This document shows positions 51,601 through 56,129 of a DNA stretch of 56,129 nt, one piece after another; within the stretch, counting starts at the first letter, position 1; the number at the start of each line of letters is the position of its first letter. Source of the DNA: Catajapyx aquilonaris. Lineage: Eukaryota. The notes under the pieces were generated by a model, which saw nothing but the letters and a program-made list of their open reading frames with translations, ran no database searches and was not told where the DNA came from. The stretch spans positions 1 to 56,129 of the forward strand of contig KZ538655.1 in the NCBI GenBank assembly GCA_000934665.2. Reading direction: 5' to 3'. Position numbers and translations under genes: made by a program.

Positions 51601-52432
51601 CCAGGAGAGAGTGCATGAGCCAGGATACTTAAGACCCGAGTAAGTCCATGAAGGAGTTTACGAGCAGGCGTCCCGATCGGGAGTAAAAGGGGGCAGGCAG
51701 GGATGGGGGGTGAGTTGACGCGCCATGAAAGCAGATGACGCGCTGGGACCTTAGATGATGGAAAAAAATATCAGGTTAGGACCAAAAAAATAAGTGTCTT
51801 TTTCCTGGTTAGCGACTTTGTCTGCGGCCATTTTGTTCTCCTTTGCAAGTCCAACTGTCGCTCTTTTGGGCCGCTCGGGAACTCTTTTGGTTCATTTGGA
51901 GCAGTCGCACTTGATTGGCTGCGGGCCTGAAATGTGTCGGGGCTCGGTAATGTGGCTGCCGATGAGAGATTTGTCATCCGGGGGTCTAGCCTGGAAAAGT
52001 GTCGCGCTTTATCAGCTAAGGGACAGCTCAGGCAGCGGATCCCTGAGGTGTTAGATCGGACAGACATCTGGACACGGTTCTGCCCTAAAGTAGAGGGGGG
52101 GGGGGAGACGGAGGGTGAGAAGGGCTTTTAGCTGGGAATTCCTCGTGGCATATGAAATCGGGTCCGACTTCTATTACTGGAGATATTATTCTGTTACTCA
52201 CGGACAGAAAACAAGGTGGAATGCAGCCGTAACCAGCAGATTTTGTGGCCTACTCATATAGCTTGTCTGCAGCGTGGGATATTACTCGGAAATTCGGCCT
52301 ACGTTATCTTGCAGTTTAGCACAAGCTTAGCAGAGAATCCATCGTGAGGGTCACTTCACGCTAAGTTTCTCAAATTGACAATAAGACCTTCATTTCAGAA
52401 AGTAAATTAGAATATTGAAGAAAAACGTAGTG

Positions 52433-53973
52433 TATGGAGCTGTTGAACGTTGCCTGCAGGACACGATCGGCGATGGACAACGCGGGGGCTTGATTTCGAG
52501 TGTGGGACAAGTCAGAGCACTGTCCTTAGGACTCTGAAAGACTAGAAGGTCTCAGGAAGTTTGGGTCCTCACTGGTTCTTCGATTTCTCTGTGACGTGCA
52601 AAAGTGCGCCGCTTTGCCCTCGCCGAAAAACAGTTCGTTACCAGGAAGTTGTCCGTTCGGGCCCGGCCGGTCTTATACATACGGCCATAAAAGTGCTCAT
52701 AACTTCCGTGTATATAAACATATCCAGTTAATTAAAAACATGACACGAGATGATAACGTCAGCAAGGAATATTCCCCTATTCCATATTATATTTATAATT
52801 AAGGGAGGTATATTATTCCAATAGTTCTTATGAACAATTACATTGGGTAATGTGTGTTTATTTTTTTCATTGGAAGTAATAGTCGTAGAAGCATAAGGAA
52901 AAACTATGTCCCGATCAGAGGTATAATATGAAGTTTACAAAAATAAAACCAGAAAATATGTAATATTTGAGGGGATATTTTATTCGACTTATGTTAACAT
53001 AATTCCTGGGAGCGTGGAACTCTATCGCATTGAGCTTTTTAAAAAAATATTGTTGATGCGGATGATACAATCATGGCTTCTGTCATAGTTCTCTGACTTG
53101 TCCCACACTCGAAATCAAGTTCCTGTGTTGTCTATCGCCGAATGTCCTGCATGCAACGTCCAACAGCTCCAAAAACATCAGGCTCCCGTCTTAGGGCGAT
53201 GTTGGGGTGGAGGTGGGGGGTCACGATTCCCTTTTGTTTCCCTACCCCATTGCGATACGGTCGACATCTATATATCGTAGTCCCATAGCAAAATTGGGCA
53301 CTTCATGAAATGTCTACTGAAATTGGACACATGCTGTAGTGCAATCTCCCGTGAAGAATTACAGCATGTGCCCAGAAATATTGGACTGTTCGCGAAGTGT
53401 CAGCAACGGGTTGGACTGATTCCGTCATTCAGAATCTACCCAGTGTAGCCTACATGAGCAGCTGAGCAAAACCAGAGGGCATCAGGAGATGCAGAGTGCC
53501 TCTCCATACCATACCTGCCCTGGACTACCCTTTGGCTCAAGAGTCAGGACCAACTCCTGGACTTCCAGACATTCCCTCCTCACATATCGTCCAGGTCATG
53601 GGCAGGTCTGGCCTGCACTCTGCATCACCTGATGCCATCCACACCTTCTGGTTTTGCTCAGTTGCTCATGTCCACTGGGTAGATTCTGAATATACGGAAT
53701 CAGTCCAACCCGTTGCTCAAACTTCGCGAACAGTCCAATATTTCTGGGCACATGCTGTAATAATTCTTCACGGGAGATTGTACTACAGCATGTGTCCAAT
53801 TACAGTAGACATTTCACGAAGTGCCCAATTTCGCTATATGGCGCTACGACATATACGTATACTAGATCACATTGTAATCGCTGGAGCTTCAAAAAGTAGC
53901 CAAGCTCACCTCTGTATTGTGTTCAGTTTTTGAATAAAAAAAATTCGGCCAATGACTTTTGACTCAACCCACG
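52433..53973 (+). mobile_element. Mariner-derived fold-back element, copy 2
   Basis: DRRWTTRGLDFECGTSQSTVLRTLKD*KVSG (second HTH) at 52465-52557; 53085-53170 is the inverted copy of 52433-52521; terminus atgacttttgactcaacccacg-TA. Confidence 0.78.
53271..53855. mobile_element. Long-arm fold-back element nested in the mariner derivative
   Basis: ~230-bp arms (53271-53500 vs 53615-53855); absent from the homologous position of copy 1 (~2158). Confidence 0.85.
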
Positions 53974-56129
53974 TACAGTATATTATGTTTATTGCATGTG
54001 TAAGATTGCTTATTCGATATTTATGTTTAGTTTAAATACGCCTAAAATTTATTTAGTCGTATTCTCAGAAAATGTCCCTTTTACCCGTACAGTTCAATAT
54101 AGAGTATGTTTATGAGCCTAATCTGTCATTTACTGGGGCTTGCAGTGCCTTATTATCGTACCGGTAGTTGTGCCTCAATTATTCCTCTGATCTGTCAAAT
54201 GATGTGTGTTCATTATTATCACTGCCATGGCATCCTAACTGGCATAATCATTAATGTAATAATCGGTAATAATCCTACGTTGCGCATTTCCCGATGCACC
54301 AAATGCCAGTAAAATCCGTGCGACGCTATGATTTTTTTGGAAAAGAAACAAAAGACATTTTAACGCCCATTGCATTATACCTCTATTCATACATATATTT
54401 CTATAAAACCCACCCACTGCTTGTGACATTTTGACATGATCCGGTGTTCGATGCTTGTATGACACTGCATTTGTCTACAGAATTAGATAACAAAAGCCCT
54501 ATCGCTCTATCAATGGTATCTAAACGAGTAAAAAAGCAACAGTATTCAAAAGGCCCGCCCTTTTTCTGTATCCCCCCCCCCCTGTTCCTCCCACCGGCCC
54601 CTCCCTACAGCCAGAAAGGTTTATTCCATTACCTGTACTCGATTTGTAGCGTCGTGCATGCGGGGCGGGACCGACACACAAAAACAGCGTCATTCATATC
54701 CATGTCCACATCGACGCTTTACTGCACCTGTATCAAACGGGGTGGGGTTGGGGCAGGGGAATAGGGGGCATTCCCCCGATTGAACCGGGTTCCAAAATAA
54801 ATTTTGGGGGTCCTCTTCCGTGACAAGTCGCAACTCTGTGTGCGGATGCAACCATTCGAATGGACGCAGGAAGCGTGATGACGATTACGAGATACACCAG
54901 AGCACCGGACCGGCGTCGTTATCGTTTGGACCACCAAAATTCCTATCCCCCACCCCCCCTGTCCCTCCCTCCCTAAAAAAATTGCAGAAGAGAGGAAGGG
55001 TGGTGGGGAGGGGAGGATGCTGGGCATCATGTCCAAGCTGGCAGCGGAATTCCATTTATCCGCTGGCATTTTAATTCCGCAAATAGTCGCGCAAAAATTT
55101 GCCGCCGCAGCTGCCTCTCGGCCGCTCGTCTCGCAAATTGCTTCCAACTGCGATAATGACACGCGTTACCCCCGCCGCCGCCGCCTCCTCCTCATCCTCC
55201 TCTCCCCACTTGTCCCACCCACCCACCCTACGCCTTTTCCTGGCGAAATTCCGCTGCTGGACGGACGTGCTCCGATTCCGGCGCACTAATTTGCCTTCCC
55301 GGCTCTGTCTTCATTAATCCAGACCCTCTCCTGCGAGCACGAGCGGACTCAAAAGAGTCGCGGGGGAAGGAAGGAAGGAAGGAAGGAAGGCAGGCAAGGA
55401 GGGAGAGGGGGGGGGGGTTCACGCCCACTCACAAACTTCAGTTTCTGCGTCACATTCCATTCGGCACATTTGTTTTCATCCTAAACACAAACTCAACCTC
55501 AGAAAAGTCAGTTGCATTATAATATTCTTTCCGGATTTATGACATTTTGACCTAATCCGTTAGGAAAATGGGTCTTTAAGAGTCGCTGGTTTATAGCCCC
55601 ACCTTTCTTCGTGGAGATAAATATGATTCCTACATTCTTGGCCAACCTGGGATCAAAGTACGAGGATTTCTGAGATAATATTGCTGAAAATGTGCGCTAT
55701 ACAGTACTTCTGTAGTTGTGCGTCTTGAATATAGGCCTGGTAAATATCAGTTGTCCACTTCAACTAATTTTGTGGCCTTAAGGTTCATTTTCATAGGCTT
55801 CATTTATTGGCTGCTAGCAGAATTAGACACAAACCGGCCATATATGTAGTTTACTCCCTACTACGACTAATTTTTTCAAGCAGTGGGAAATGGCATTTTC
55901 CGCTGGCAAATTGGTGCGCAAATGATACAAAAATAAATGAACCGACATTAATTAGAGAAATGAATGCAGGTAACGAACTTAGCCCTAGCTGTCAATCCAG
56001 GCTAATCCACCCCCGCCATTCCGGCCTGAGTTTCGTAAAATCCTCCCTGCCTCTTCCCACCCACCTACCCTACCTCCAGTGTCAAATGGGCCCTTGATTA
56101 GCAGCGCGACGAGAGTCACCTAGGAGAGT

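Overview
Eukaryotic, repeat-rich, non-coding DNA from a draft scaffold with a 187-N gap at 21686-21872. It is most likely arthropod/insect, judging from (TTAGG)n motifs, mariner, Helitron and Academ elements and tRNA-derived SINEs. No intact host gene, rRNA, true tRNA or CRISPR is visible, and almost all ORFs in the track are chance ORFs. The only protein homology is decayed transposon sequence: a full-length mariner (18821-20073), several Tc1/mariner fold-back derivatives, a Helitron with RepHel/Pif1 remnants (23781-25182) and an Academ XPG-domain fragment (10561-10925). About 15 tRNA-SINE copies from four head families (my labels A-D) share a small set of swappable 3' tails; most have clear target-site duplications (TSDs). 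There are many MITEs (Harbinger, Tigger/pogo, Tc1, P/hAT, Sola, CACTA-like), deep nesting, and TE-free islands that may be cis-regulatory. I did not find a convincingly novel functional system. The most interesting signals are SINE head/tail shuffling, recurrent fold-back mariner derivatives, a V-domain-like SINE and telomere-motif elements. All alignments and translations were done by eye.
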